DNA of 64,000 nt from Nitrospirota bacterium (GCA_016194305.1 JACQBW010000019.1:47204-111203), one strand, 5' to 3'. Numbered from the stretch's first letter, positions 9,790 to 19,720 are shown. Notes: a model not told the origin generated them from the letters alone. Program-made: numbers and translations.

Positions 9790-10851
9790 TTAAAACAGGA
9801 ACGTGACGGTTGTTATAAAAATATTCCAGTTCTCTTCCGGAGAGGGATTTGGAACTTCCGAATCGAGCAATGCAGCGCCCTGTACGAAATGGAATTCTCC
9901 TTTCCAGGTCAGAAAATCGGAAATACGATAGTTGAGACCTGCGACGGTCTCTTTCTGATAATCGGTGATCAAATTATCCTTCCCGCGTAACGGATAGAAC
10001 AGGTCATACCGAAGGACTGGCAGCCAGGCATCATTGATCTGATAGGTCATTTCAACATAATAACCCACGCTCGCATTGCCATTTTCCTCCTGATGCAGGG
10101 CGTATTCGCTCCTCAAATTAAAATGACTGAGGTAGCGATATTCAAGGGAGACTTGATAATGGGAGAGTCCGATATTGGCCAGAGATTGAGGCGAAACAAT
10201 TAACCCGCGAAAATAACTCAGGCCAAGTTTCAAATTGTCCTCGGGTGAAAGAATCCAGACTCTCGATCCCACCAGGTTTTCGACCTGAAGATGTGTCGCG
10301 GTATCTATATCTCCCCCGCTCCTGCCTCCGAAGAGATCATAGGTCAATTTCAGATTCCTCTGGTTCAGGCGTCCTGTAAACGATATGCCTTTGAGTTCAT
10401 CGGGAGACAGGTTCGCCGTATCCAGGTAGATTAACGGCAGGATTGAAGTCGGGAGAATCGGATAAACACCGCCTATTTCAGAATAGATGCCGAGAGGCAT
10501 TTTGACCTTTCCGATTCTGATCTGGAGGCGGTCATTCAGGTAATATTCGCCAAAGGCCCACGTCACTTCCACTGCGTCCTTAATATCGGAATAGGCAAAC
10601 AATTTTAACCAGACTCTGAAATGGGGATCGACATCGGCTTTCATCACAAGGTTCAGGGCGTTGAAATTAAATGTCCCCTGTGTATCATTGGGGCCCAAAT
10701 AATTATTCTTGCTCGTTATGTAATATCCCTGCATTCCGAACCCATCGATTCGAAGGGAATTGGTGACCTGCATCGACAGGCCTGGATGCGGATTCACCAG
10801 GGCGATAAACATAAAGACAATCCATCCGTAAACAATCATTTTCTTATTCAT
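9790..10851 (-). CDS. outer-membrane beta-barrel (porin-like) protein
   Basis: 353 aa with a signal peptide. Alternating aromatic/hydrophilic beta-strand pattern and a C-terminal ...TVTFLF ending in Phe (OMP beta-signal). Confidence 0.5.
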   Translation of the reverse strand: MNKKMIVYGWIVFMFIALVNPHPGLSMQVTNSLRIDGFGMQGYYITSKNNYLGPNDTQGTFNFNALNLVMKADVDPHFRVWLKLFAYSDIKDAVEVTWAFGEYYLNDRLQIRIGKVKMPLGIYSEIGGVYPILPTSILPLIYLDTANLSPDELKGISFTGRLNQRNLKLTYDLFGGRSGGDIDTATHLQVENLVGSRVWILSPEDNLKLGLSYFRGLIVSPQSLANIGLSHYQVSLEYRYLSHFNLRSEYALHQEENGNASVGYYVEMTYQINDAWLPVLRYDLFYPLRGKDNLITDYQKETVAGLNYRISDFLTWKGEFHFVQGAALLDSEVPNPSPEENWNIFITTVTFLF

Positions 10852-10889
10852 ATTTGATTACCTTTTTATAGAATGAAATATACCCGGCG

Positions 10890-12299
10890 CTAAGAGGCTT
10901 TGACAATATCCTGATATTTGCAAATTCTGTTTCTTCCATTTTTTTTGCAATAATAGAGGGCCTCATCGGCCGCATTGATTAGCCCTTCTGTTCCCCCGGA
11001 ATCATGTGGAAAGGATGCGATTCCGATGCTGACTGAAAGGTGCTCGCGGACCTCATGAGGTAATAGGAAATGTCCTCCGTTGACCGCCTTCAAAACACGA
11101 TCGGCGACAAGCTTCGCCTGACTCCCGTCAGATTCCGGCAAAATAACCACAAATTCCTCTCCACCATATCGAGCCATCAAATCAAAATTCCGAATACATC
11201 CCTGGATTCTATTCACGGTCTCGATAATGACCGAATCGCCGGAGGGATGACCATAGGTATCATTAATTCTCTTAAAATGATCAATATCGATCATCAGCAG
11301 CGAAAATGGGCTCTGGTTTCTTAAGCTTCTCTCATATTCAATTGAAAATCGTTTTTGAAATTCCAGTCTGTTATTCAGTCCGGTCAGACTATCCGTAACG
11401 GCCTGCTTTTCCTTCTCTTGAATAAAACGGGCGTTGTCAAAAGCGACACCTGCGTTAATCGTCAATGTCAACAGCGCATCCAGATCTTCCTGAGTAAATC
11501 CCAAACCATTATTTCGATTCAGGCCGACAAGGACTCCTCCAATTTTCCCCTGCTGAATCAGCGGGACCGAAATGAGCTGTTTCGGCATTGGTTTGATCTC
11601 GGGCGTCTCATTCCAGAAAGGATCCTTTTCAGGGCTATCCGTTATGAAAGGTTTCCGGTTAAGATATGAAGTGCCAAGGAGTCCGATTGTGTCTATTTTC
11701 GAATTAAAAGCGGCCCATGCCATATCCACGCCAAAGGAGGAGGTAAAGTTGATCTGAGCGCTTTGGGGATCGATTAAGAAAAGGATGCTTCCCTCACATT
11801 CCAGCAGGTCGGAAACTCCTTTGACCAGCATATTGGCCAGTGTCTCCAGATTTCTTTCAGAAGTCAGGGACAATGAAACTTCCTGCAACTTCCTGAGTCT
11901 GAGAGAGGATTTCTCCAGTTTCTCTTTAAGTTGACTTTTCTCAATGGCCTTTTGAATGACTCGCGGAATATTCTCAAAATAATGTCCCGTCTTGATAATA
12001 TAATCGTACGCTCCCAGTTTCATGGCTTCGACCGCAATCGATTCCGCCCCCTGTCCAGTCACCATAATAACGGGAGTTCCGGGATATTTCAGATGGATTT
12101 GACCCAGGACTTCCAGCCCTGTCATGGTAGGGAGACTGTAATCCAGTACAACCGCATCAACCCGATTATTTTCCAAATAGTCCAAAGCCGCGACACCCTC
12201 TTTCGCCGCTTCAATGGCATATTCCGGAAGAGCCTGCTCGCACGCCCTTCTGATCAAAAGCTGCTGATCTAGATTGTCTTCTATCAACAAAATCTTCAA
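10890..12299 (-). CDS. response regulator with REC-GAF-GGDEF architecture (diguanylate cyclase)
   Basis: 469 aa. Receiver (ILLIEDN, VVLDYSLP, KTG). GGEEF active site preceded by RNFD at PleD-like I-site spacing (RNFDLMARYGGEEF). Confidence 0.9.
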   Translation of the reverse strand: MKILLIEDNLDQQLLIRRACEQALPEYAIEAAKEGVAALDYLENNRVDAVVLDYSLPTMTGLEVLGQIHLKYPGTPVIMVTGQGAESIAVEAMKLGAYDYIIKTGHYFENIPRVIQKAIEKSQLKEKLEKSSLRLRKLQEVSLSLTSERNLETLANMLVKGVSDLLECEGSILFLIDPQSAQINFTSSFGVDMAWAAFNSKIDTIGLLGTSYLNRKPFITDSPEKDPFWNETPEIKPMPKQLISVPLIQQGKIGGVLVGLNRNNGLGFTQEDLDALLTLTINAGVAFDNARFIQEKEKQAVTDSLTGLNNRLEFQKRFSIEYERSLRNQSPFSLLMIDIDHFKRINDTYGHPSGDSVIIETVNRIQGCIRNFDLMARYGGEEFVVILPESDGSQAKLVADRVLKAVNGGHFLLPHEVREHLSVSIGIASFPHDSGGTEGLINAADEALYYCKKNGRNRICKYQDIVKAS

Positions 12300-12742
12300 G
12301 CGCTCTCCGGTCCTCTATTGATCTTGGTCCAATATTCTTTAATCGACCGGACTTTCTCATAGAATTCTTCAAATTTGACAGGCTTTACAATAAAACTGTT
12401 GACCCCTAACTGGTAGCAGCCGATGATCTCTTCGGACCGGTCTGAAGTCGTAAGCATGATAATGGGAACATTCTTAAGATTGTCATTTTCCTTAACCTTT
12501 TTAAGAACTTCCAGACCGTTTAATTTGGGAAGCTTAATATCAAGTAGAATGAAATGGGGCAGTTGGGACATTTTATTTTTTTCAATGAAGAGCAGGTAAT
12601 CCAGTGCCTCCTGTCCATTTTTCAGCCACTGAATCCGGCAGGGAAAATTCTCATCTTTTAAAGCTCGAAGGGTCAATTCGGCGTGGTCGGGATTGTCTTC
12701 AACAAGAAGTATTTCCATATTCTTATTCATCGCTTTTTCCAT
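12296..12742 (-). CDS. single-domain response regulator (CheY/Rcp1-like)
   Basis: 148 aa. ILLVEDNPDH, ILLDIKLPKLNG, IIMLTTS, FIVKP. 4-nt overlap with the downstream GGDEF gene. Confidence 0.9.
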   Translation of the reverse strand: MEKAMNKNMEILLVEDNPDHAELTLRALKDENFPCRIQWLKNGQEALDYLLFIEKNKMSQLPHFILLDIKLPKLNGLEVLKKVKENDNLKNVPIIMLTTSDRSEEIIGCYQLGVNSFIVKPVKFEEFYEKVRSIKEYWTKINRGPESA

Positions 12743-12854
12743 CCATTTCTCCGGGACCGGTCGGATTGAACGATATTTCGGAAACGGTATTCTCTCTCAT
12801 CGTGTTCTAAACCCATGGAAAATGTCCTATTAAATATTATCAGCTCTCATCGTA

Positions 12855-12889
12855 TTGTCAAATGACCCATTTCCGGGTCATATTGACAA
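12855..12889. promoter_or_regulatory. 35-nt near-perfect inverted repeat (candidate operator) in a divergent promoter region
   Basis: TTGTCAAATGACCC (12855-12868), loop ATTTCC, GGGTCATATTGACAA (12875-12889). Lies between the divergent receiver gene (start 12742) and the HAD gene (start 12908). Confidence 0.4.
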
Positions 12890-12907
12890 CTCCGTCTTAA
12901 AACCTTT

Positions 12908-13666
12908 ATGATAAAAACAATGAAAAAATATCAGGTGGTTATATTCGACCTCTTCGGAACGCTTGTCCATTTCGATGTCTCCAGGCTCCCCCTTTTCGAG
13001 TTTCAAAATGAGGAAATACGCTGTACAACGCAGCCTCTGTATGAACTGGCATTCCAGACTCAAAATGGCTATTCGGTAGATTTCTTTCACCAGACACTTA
13101 CCGATATTATTTTCCGTCTCAGAAATGAAAAGTCGCTACGGCTGAAAGAATTCAGTTGTTTAACCCGAATGAAGATCCTGTTAAGCCACCTGCGTTTTCC
13201 TGAAAACAACGAGACTGAAAGACTCGCATTTCAGATGAAAGAAACCCATATGAGGTGGATGAAGCAGTGCGTCTATCTGCCCGAGGGATATCGTCCATTT
13301 ATGGAAAAATTGACGCCTCTTCGAATCGGACTTTTGTCCAATTTTGACGACACCACGACGGGCAAACAGATTCTGGATGAACTGGACCTGTCCCGATTCT
13401 TTCACACCATCCTGTTTTCAGAAGAAGCCGGTATGATTAAACCTCATGCCGATCTTTTCGGTCAGATCGTGGCGAGAATGGGAGTGACCCCCTCGGATGT
13501 CTTATTTGTAGGTGATACTCCGGAAGCTGATATACTTGGACCTAAGAAACTGGGGATGGGAACGGCCTGGATCAATCCGGGTCAATACCCGTTTCCGGAT
13601 GTGGGACAGTCTCCCGACATCGAAATAAAAACAATTACGGAACTTGAATCGTATGTTCAAATCTAA
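12908..13666 (+). CDS. HAD-superfamily hydrolase
   Basis: 252 aa. Motif I VIFDLFGTL, LLSNFD, VGDTPEADI. The start could instead be the internal MKKY at 12920. Confidence 0.75.
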   Translation: MIKTMKKYQVVIFDLFGTLVHFDVSRLPLFEFQNEEIRCTTQPLYELAFQTQNGYSVDFFHQTLTDIIFRLRNEKSLRLKEFSCLTRMKILLSHLRFPENNETERLAFQMKETHMRWMKQCVYLPEGYRPFMEKLTPLRIGLLSNFDDTTTGKQILDELDLSRFFHTILFSEEAGMIKPHADLFGQIVARMGVTPSDVLFVGDTPEADILGPKKLGMGTAWINPGQYPFPDVGQSPDIEIKTITELESYVQI

Positions 13667-13683
13667 TAGTGAGGACTTATCCG

Positions 13684-14046
13684 ATGTTTAATAAGATCAA
13701 TTACATCACACTTGTCGTGAAAGATATGCAAAAATCCATCTCGTTTTACAAGGAAGTACTCGGCCTTACGGTCAAAATGAACATGCCGCAATGGGCCGAG
13801 TTCGAAATGGAAGGAACCTCTCTCGCGCTAACTCCTGAAACGGCTGAAACCAAGATTGACCCCATGAATAATGATTCGGGCATTTCCCTGGGGTTTCAGG
13901 TTAAAGACCTGGACCGAACCTATTCCGATCTGAGAAAAAAAGGGGCAACGTTTCCCATGCCTCCCATGGATCAAGGTTATGGTTTTTCGGCCACTTTTGA
14001 GGACCCCAATGGATACAAAATCACACTGACCCAGTCCAAATGGTAA
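13684..14046 (+). CDS. glyoxalase/VOC-family protein
   Basis: The ORF track starts at GTG 13669. I prefer ATG 13684, which is preceded by GAGGA. INYITLVVKDMQKSISFYKEVLGL is a typical VOC beta-alpha-beta start. Confidence 0.75.
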   Translation: MFNKINYITLVVKDMQKSISFYKEVLGLTVKMNMPQWAEFEMEGTSLALTPETAETKIDPMNNDSGISLGFQVKDLDRTYSDLRKKGATFPMPPMDQGYGFSATFEDPNGYKITLTQSKW

Positions 14047-14050
14047 AAAT

Positions 14051-14929
14051 GTGAAACATTTAAGAAAATCAATTCTGGAACTTATTCGAAAAACCTCTAC
14101 CGAGCTTCCTAAAGATATTCAGAGAGGGATTGCGAGCGGAGCCCAATCGGAAAAGTCGGATTCGCGTGGAAGATATGCCCTTGAGGTCATTCAGGAAAAC
14201 ATTCAGATCGCCTCCGACACCTCCCTTCCCTTGTGTCAGGATACCGGAACGATCACTTTTTATCTTCACGCCCCTGTGGGTTTTGACCAGGTTTCTTTTA
14301 TCAAAGCGGCCCAGAAAGCGGTCAGCGAGGCAACCCGGATCGGATATTTACGACAGAATTCGGTCGACTCCATGACCGGAGATAACTCGGGAAATAATTT
14401 AGGTCCCGGAACCCCGGTTTTTCACTTTGAACAGTGGAAGAAGAAGTCGGTCGAACTCAAGTTGATCCTCAAAGGGGGTGGATGCGAAAATGTCAGCGCG
14501 CAGTATTCACTTCCTGACAGCAATGTCAATGCCGGAAGAGACTGGGAAGGCGTATTAAAAGTCTCGCTGGATGCCGTATTGCAGGCGCAGGGGAAAGGAT
14601 GCGGTCCTGGCATTCTGGGAATTTGCGTCGGCGGGGACCGGACAACGGGATATGAGCATGCCAAAAAACAGTTTCTGAGATTCCTGGATGACCGTTCTCC
14701 TGATCCCTCTCTTGAAAAACTGGAACAGACGATTCTTGACATGGGAAATCAACTTGGAATCGGACCCATGGGATTTGGGGGGAAAACAACCCTACTGGGT
14801 GTGAAGGCCTCTAAATTGAATCGATTGCCTGCAAGTTTTTTTGTATCGATCTCCTATATGTGCTGGGCCTTCAGGAGGCAGGGAGTTCACCTCGATTCAT
14901 CTGGAAAAATCAAGAAATGGCTTTATTAA
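14051..14929 (+). CDS. Fe-S type hydro-lyase alpha subunit (class I fumarate hydratase / tartrate dehydratase family)
   Basis: 292 aa with a GTG start. PLCQDTGT motif and GGGCEN. Followed 1 nt later by the beta subunit. Confidence 0.85.
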   Translation: MKHLRKSILELIRKTSTELPKDIQRGIASGAQSEKSDSRGRYALEVIQENIQIASDTSLPLCQDTGTITFYLHAPVGFDQVSFIKAAQKAVSEATRIGYLRQNSVDSMTGDNSGNNLGPGTPVFHFEQWKKKSVELKLILKGGGCENVSAQYSLPDSNVNAGRDWEGVLKVSLDAVLQAQGKGCGPGILGICVGGDRTTGYEHAKKQFLRFLDDRSPDPSLEKLEQTILDMGNQLGIGPMGFGGKTTLLGVKASKLNRLPASFFVSISYMCWAFRRQGVHLDSSGKIKKWLY

Positions 14930-14930
14930 A

Positions 14931-15515
14931 ATGAGACTCACTCCCCCCTACACCGAAGAAAAAATAAGAAGTTTACATGTCGGAGACCGGATTGAAATAG
15001 ACGGTATCCTCTTTACCGGAAGGGACGCCGTACATAAGTATCTCTACGAAGGGGGTAAAATACCCATCTCGCTCAACAATCAGATTATTTATCACTGCGG
15101 TCCGGTCATGGTCAAAGAGAAAAACCGGTGGGTCACAAAAGCCGCCGGTCCGACGACTTCTATTCGAGAAGAACCTTATCAGGCTGAAATTATCGAAAAA
15201 TTCGGAATCAGGGCGGTCATTGGAAAAGGCGGAATGGGACAAAAGACCCTGAAGGCATGTCAAAGGTTTGGATGCGTCTATCTCCATGCCGTGGGAGGAG
15301 CCGCACAGGTGCTGGCCCGAGCGGTAAAGAAAGTTAACGGAGTCACGCTTCTTGAAAAATTTGGGACGCCGGAAGCGATTTGGGAATTCGAAGTTGAAAA
15401 CTTTTCGGCTATCGTTACAATGGATGCCCATGGAAAGAGCCTCCATGAAGGCATTATGGCAGACTCCAGGAAGAAACTGGATGAGTTGCTTGCAGCACGC
15501 TCCGTTAAAGTATAA
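14931..15515 (+). CDS. Fe-S type hydro-lyase beta subunit (class I fumarate hydratase family)
   Basis: The ORF-track start 14841 overlaps the alpha subunit. ATG 14931 directly follows the alpha stop. GILFTGRDAVHKYL and AVIGKGGMG are typical of this subunit. Confidence 0.85.
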   Translation: MRLTPPYTEEKIRSLHVGDRIEIDGILFTGRDAVHKYLYEGGKIPISLNNQIIYHCGPVMVKEKNRWVTKAAGPTTSIREEPYQAEIIEKFGIRAVIGKGGMGQKTLKACQRFGCVYLHAVGGAAQVLARAVKKVNGVTLLEKFGTPEAIWEFEVENFSAIVTMDAHGKSLHEGIMADSRKKLDELLAARSVKV

Positions 15516-16218
15516 AAGAGATACCCTTGCCGATCAAATACCCCACCAGCGCTGCTAAACCTCCCAATAAAGTGACTTGCATACCGCTTTTAAACCAGTT
15601 CGTCTTGGTTAAAGAAGATTTTCCGACTCCAATCATAAAGAAAACGAAAACAGAAAGAAGAATGCTTGTCTTAAGCGCCAGAAGAGTATCCTCAAAAAAA
15701 AAGTAAGGTATCAAAGGGAAAATTCCGCCTGCCAGGAAGGTTCCACCCATGATCATCCCCGCTTTCATCGGATTTTCCATTTCTTCTTCAAGAATGCCAA
15801 GTTCTTCTCTCATCATAAACCTCACCCACAGTTTTTCATCGGAAGTAATTCGATTGACGATCATTTCGATTTCGTCCCGTTTAAAACCCATCTGGTCATA
15901 AATATCCCGAATTTCCTGCTTTTCTACTTCAGGAATCTCCTTTATTTCTCTTTTTTCCCGCGCGATCTCCTTGTAGAAAAACTCTTGCTGGGACTTGTTT
16001 GAAAGATAAGCGCCAATATACATTGCGACACCGCCTGCCGCAAGCTGGGCGATTCCCGTCAGGATGATCACCTTGGTTTGAAAAACCGCTCCGGTTACCC
16101 CTGACACAAAGCCGATTGAGGTGACCAGGCCATCATTCAGTCCGAAAATAACATCCCGAAGCAATTTTCCTTCAGGAGTGTGCCAATCTTCCTGGTGATA
16201 TTTTTGCAAAATACTCAT
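15505..16218 (-). CDS. VIT1/CCC1-family iron/manganese transporter
   Basis: 237 aa. LRDVIFGLNDGLVTSIGFVSG motif and C-terminal TM helices. 11-nt convergent overlap with the fumarase beta gene. Confidence 0.8.
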   Translation of the reverse strand: MSILQKYHQEDWHTPEGKLLRDVIFGLNDGLVTSIGFVSGVTGAVFQTKVIILTGIAQLAAGGVAMYIGAYLSNKSQQEFFYKEIAREKREIKEIPEVEKQEIRDIYDQMGFKRDEIEMIVNRITSDEKLWVRFMMREELGILEEEMENPMKAGMIMGGTFLAGGIFPLIPYFFFEDTLLALKTSILLSVFVFFMIGVGKSSLTKTNWFKSGMQVTLLGGLAALVGYLIGKGISFIL

Positions 16219-16243
16219 GATTGGGAGAATTGGAAAAAGAAGT

Positions 16244-17119
16244 TTATAAAGATCGATCTCCGGAGGACCCGAATGTCTGAACCTGTTCTACGACTTCGTC
16301 AATAAGCCATTGGGGCGTCGAAGCACCTGCAGTAATACCCACTTTCGTAACGGAATTGAACCAATCCGGTATCAGTTCGTCACGGGTCTCAATATAATAT
16401 GTGCGTGTATATTTTTGACAAATCTCGGCAAGCCTCTGAGTATTACCGCTATTCCTGCCTCCGATGACCAGCATGAGATCGACCCGTCGAGCCAACTCGT
16501 CTGCTGAATATTGATTGCTTTTGGTAGCGCCGCAAATCGTATTTTTTATTTTCCAGTTCTTTTTCTGGCTTTCTTTTAAATGCTGTTCGAATCGCTTGAA
16601 TTTGCTGTATTCCTGGGTCGTTTGAAAAACAATGCCAGCCTTTTCCGGATTGAGTTCCAGTAGATCATTCAAGTTCTCAATCACACTGACCTCTGCATCG
16701 GGACAGGCATGAAGGGCATGACCTACAATTCCTTTGACTTCCGCATGGTGCTTTTCACCGACGACAATCAAGTGGTATCCTCTTTTGCAAAATTCAATGG
16801 CATATTCCTGAACATCGACGACAAACCGGCAGGTTGCATCAATGACATTAAGATTATTTCCTTTCGCTTTTTCATATTCCTCCGGCGGAACCCCGTGGGC
16901 ACGGATAACAAGATTTCCATCAAAAAACTCGTCAAAGGATTCCACTTTTTCAATTCCGTATTGATCCTGAAGCCTCTTGATTTCCTGAGGATTATGAATC
17001 AAGGGACCGTAAGACTTAGTCGGAAGCGTCGAGTGTGCAGCAGCCTCGGTGGCTTTGACGATGGCTTCCTTGACGCCAAAACAGAATCCTGAATGATGTG
17101 CAATTTCAATTTCAATCAT
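16244..17119 (-). CDS. ispH: 4-hydroxy-3-methylbut-2-enyl diphosphate reductase
   Basis: 291 aa. GFCFGV, YGPLIHNP, CRFV and GGRNSGNT motifs of IspH/LytB. Confidence 0.9.
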   Translation of the reverse strand: MIEIEIAHHSGFCFGVKEAIVKATEAAAHSTLPTKSYGPLIHNPQEIKRLQDQYGIEKVESFDEFFDGNLVIRAHGVPPEEYEKAKGNNLNVIDATCRFVVDVQEYAIEFCKRGYHLIVVGEKHHAEVKGIVGHALHACPDAEVSVIENLNDLLELNPEKAGIVFQTTQEYSKFKRFEQHLKESQKKNWKIKNTICGATKSNQYSADELARRVDLMLVIGGRNSGNTQRLAEICQKYTRTYYIETRDELIPDWFNSVTKVGITAGASTPQWLIDEVVEQVQTFGSSGDRSL

Positions 17120-17266
17120 TTTGTCTCACCTTACTGTGTTGTGGAAGGATGGCAAAGTATATCATCCGGTCAATTTTGAAATCAAATGAATTACAAGGGA
17201 TTGAGATGGTTATCGTGCTCAAAGAATGATAAAATAAAAGCAATTACTTTCAGAAATAAAGGATCG

Positions 17267-18484
17267 ATGCTTAAAGTCGGAGTTGGAATTTCAAAACATA
17301 AAGAATCTGATTATGCCGCCAGAGAAGCGGGTTCGGCGGCCATGAAACAAGCAGGCATTAAAAAGGCAGATTTAATCCTGGTTTTCGCCACCTCTCATTA
17401 TCACCACGACTATCTCCTCATTTTAAATGTTTTACATGACCTCGCTACTCCAAAACAGCTCTGCGGATGTTCGGCATATGGTGTCCTGACCGAAAAAGAA
17501 GAAGTCGAACAGGGGCCTTCTATTGTCGTTCTGGCGCTCTCATCGAAATCCATAGTCGTAGATACCTTTCTCATACAGAATATCTTCAACAGGCAGACCG
17601 AGGCAGGAGCAGAGGTATCGAGACTTCTTGCGTCAGATTCTCGTGTGAGTCCGCTCATGCTTCTTTTTCCAGATACCTTTAATTTCCAGTTCGATCATTT
17701 TTATCAAGGCTTTCTAAACGCGATACAATCCTCCAACGACCCTATTCCTGAAATGATTGGAGGAGGAGCATCTGAAGATGGAAGTTCGAATGAGACGTTC
17801 CAGTTCCATGGACGTGGCGTCACGTCAAACGCGATCGCGGGGCTTCTGATTTCCGGTAATTTTCAATACGAAGCCGGAGTGACCCACGCCTGCCATCCGA
17901 TTGGAACGCCTTTGATGGTTACGAAATCAAAAGGGAATGTCGTCTACGAGATTTGCGGCAAGCCTGCCACCCAATCCTTTACAGAACTGTTCAAGGATAA
18001 GTTGCATCACCAGGAGGAGTTGGAAGACGCTGCATCTCTTATTCTTGTCGGCTTGGGGTTCAACCCCTGCAATACCTCGCTTCAGAATAAGGAATATGTG
18101 GTTCGAAATATACTCTCTCTCAATCCGGAAGAAGGAACACTGACTGTCAGCGGCCATATCGAGGAGGGGAAAGTGATCTCTTACATGGTTCGCGACCCGA
18201 AGCGGGCCTATCAAGAGGCTGAGGAAATGGTGACCGCGCTTGCCAGCAAGTTCCCGGACAATGTCCCGAAATTTGGCATTTATATCAATTGCTGCGGCCG
18301 GGGAAATTCGCTCTATGGCAAAAAAAATGTCGATACCGCACTCATTCGAAAACATTTCGGAAATATGCCGCTGATCGGATTCTTCAGCTACGCAGAGATC
18401 GCCCCGACTTCATGCGGACCACAATGGCATAACTATTCAGGCGTTCTTGTTGTCTTTTCGGAAACACGCCTTGTGGAATATTAG
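17267..18484 (+). CDS. FIST-domain (FIST_N/FIST_C) sensory protein
   Basis: The ORF track starts at 17186. I prefer ATG 17267 (AAGGA RBS). A ~405-aa product with MLKVGVGIS...LILVFAT...CGCSAYG...INCCGRG..LYG matches FIST proteins. Confidence 0.65.
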   Translation: MLKVGVGISKHKESDYAAREAGSAAMKQAGIKKADLILVFATSHYHHDYLLILNVLHDLATPKQLCGCSAYGVLTEKEEVEQGPSIVVLALSSKSIVVDTFLIQNIFNRQTEAGAEVSRLLASDSRVSPLMLLFPDTFNFQFDHFYQGFLNAIQSSNDPIPEMIGGGASEDGSSNETFQFHGRGVTSNAIAGLLISGNFQYEAGVTHACHPIGTPLMVTKSKGNVVYEICGKPATQSFTELFKDKLHHQEELEDAASLILVGLGFNPCNTSLQNKEYVVRNILSLNPEEGTLTVSGHIEEGKVISYMVRDPKRAYQEAEEMVTALASKFPDNVPKFGIYINCCGRGNSLYGKKNVDTALIRKHFGNMPLIGFFSYAEIAPTSCGPQWHNYSGVLVVFSETRLVEY

Positions 18485-18486
18485 CG

Positions 18487-19089
18487 TTGGCAGTTAATCA
18501 CCTGATATTCGATCTCGGAAACACTCTGATTAACTTCAATCTTCACCTCGCTTCAGAAAGGCTTGCGAAGGAATTTCAAATGCCGGAAGAGGAAATATAT
18601 CATTACCTCTTCCGGTCCGATTTTTTTGTCCAGTTTGAGAAGGGAGATATCGGTCCCGTCGAACTGGTGTCCAAATTCAATCAAAAGTTTGACCAGGATT
18701 TGACCGTCTCCGCATTTGATGACGCTTTTTCTCCTATCTTTTCTCCGCGGACCGAAATGATAAGCTTAGTCGAAACCCTGGTCGGGAAATATGAACTCTC
18801 GATTCTCTCGAATACCAATGTCTTGCACTGGCGGTATCTCGAGGGGAACTATCCTTTCCTGATGCAGTTTGACAATCGATTCTATTCTTTTATCATGCGG
18901 GCATTGAAACCCAATCCTGATATTTTCAATAGGGTACTGTCACAGACGCGAACCGAACCCGGTGAATGTCTGTTTATTGACGATCTTGAAATACATGTCG
19001 AAGGAGCACGACGTTCGGGAATTGACGCAATACACTTTCAGGGGGAGGAGAAACTTAGAGATACCTTGCGTGAAAAAGGAATCAATTAG
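18487..19089 (+). CDS. HAD-superfamily hydrolase
   Basis: 200 aa with a TTG start. Motif I LIFDLGNTL, ILSNTN, FIDDLEIHVEGA. Confidence 0.7.
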   Translation: MAVNHLIFDLGNTLINFNLHLASERLAKEFQMPEEEIYHYLFRSDFFVQFEKGDIGPVELVSKFNQKFDQDLTVSAFDDAFSPIFSPRTEMISLVETLVGKYELSILSNTNVLHWRYLEGNYPFLMQFDNRFYSFIMRALKPNPDIFNRVLSQTRTEPGECLFIDDLEIHVEGARRSGIDAIHFQGEEKLRDTLREKGIN

Positions 19090-19122
19090 TAGGCCGGCCC
19101 TGCGTTGACAAAACCGGCCTAC
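19089..19122. terminator. bidirectional stem-loop between convergent genes
   Basis: GTAGGCCGG (19089-19097) pairs with CCGGCCTAC (19114-19122) around a 16-nt loop. Located between the stops at 19089 (+) and 19136 (-). No clear U-tract. Confidence 0.4.
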
Positions 19123-19135
19123 TATCCTTTCCAGG

Positions 19136-19720
19136 CTATTTAAGCAGATTGGGGTTCTGGTAGATCATCAAATGAGCATAGGGCGTTCCTTCAAACATCA
19201 CATAACTCCCGAACTTTCCTGGCAATGCGGGAATTCCGCTGGCTTTGGAATCCACCGGCCAGAACACCATCCAATGTGGCGGTTCGCTGACTCGTTTTGC
19301 ACCTTCCTCAGGTTTCATCAAGATTTTTCCGCCCTTCTCAAAATGCCAACCCCCTTTTGCCATGTAAGAAATACCGGGTACCGTATTCGTCGGCTTGGGT
19401 GCGCCACTCATTAAATCGTTGATCCATTGGGAAGCGGCCTGATCGGCACAGATGGGGTCGGGAACATCCTGACCATCCACATCTGGAAAACAGGTGAATC
19501 CATTATTCCCTTTTTTCCCTTCCGTCATCTTTCCATCTTCTCCGGGCACCATCACAGTGGCGTCTTTGGCAATGGCGGCGGGCGCGGCACTTAAGGCGAG
19601 CTTTACGAGATCGTCCTTGCTCATCCCTTTAAGGGGACTCCCCTTTTTTTCTTCGCCTTTTGAAACGGCTGTTAATCCGATTAAGAACACGACTGCGAAC
19701 AGAACGTGAAGATATTTCAT
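19136..19720 (-). CDS. hypothetical exported protein
   Basis: Start moved to ATG 19720, preceded by AAGGAGGAGG. Signal peptide MKYLHVLFAVVFLIGLTAVSKG. No family recognised. Confidence 0.5.
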   Translation of the reverse strand: MKYLHVLFAVVFLIGLTAVSKGEEKKGSPLKGMSKDDLVKLALSAAPAAIAKDATVMVPGEDGKMTEGKKGNNGFTCFPDVDGQDVPDPICADQAASQWINDLMSGAPKPTNTVPGISYMAKGGWHFEKGGKILMKPEEGAKRVSEPPHWMVFWPVDSKASGIPALPGKFGSYVMFEGTPYAHLMIYQNPNLLK

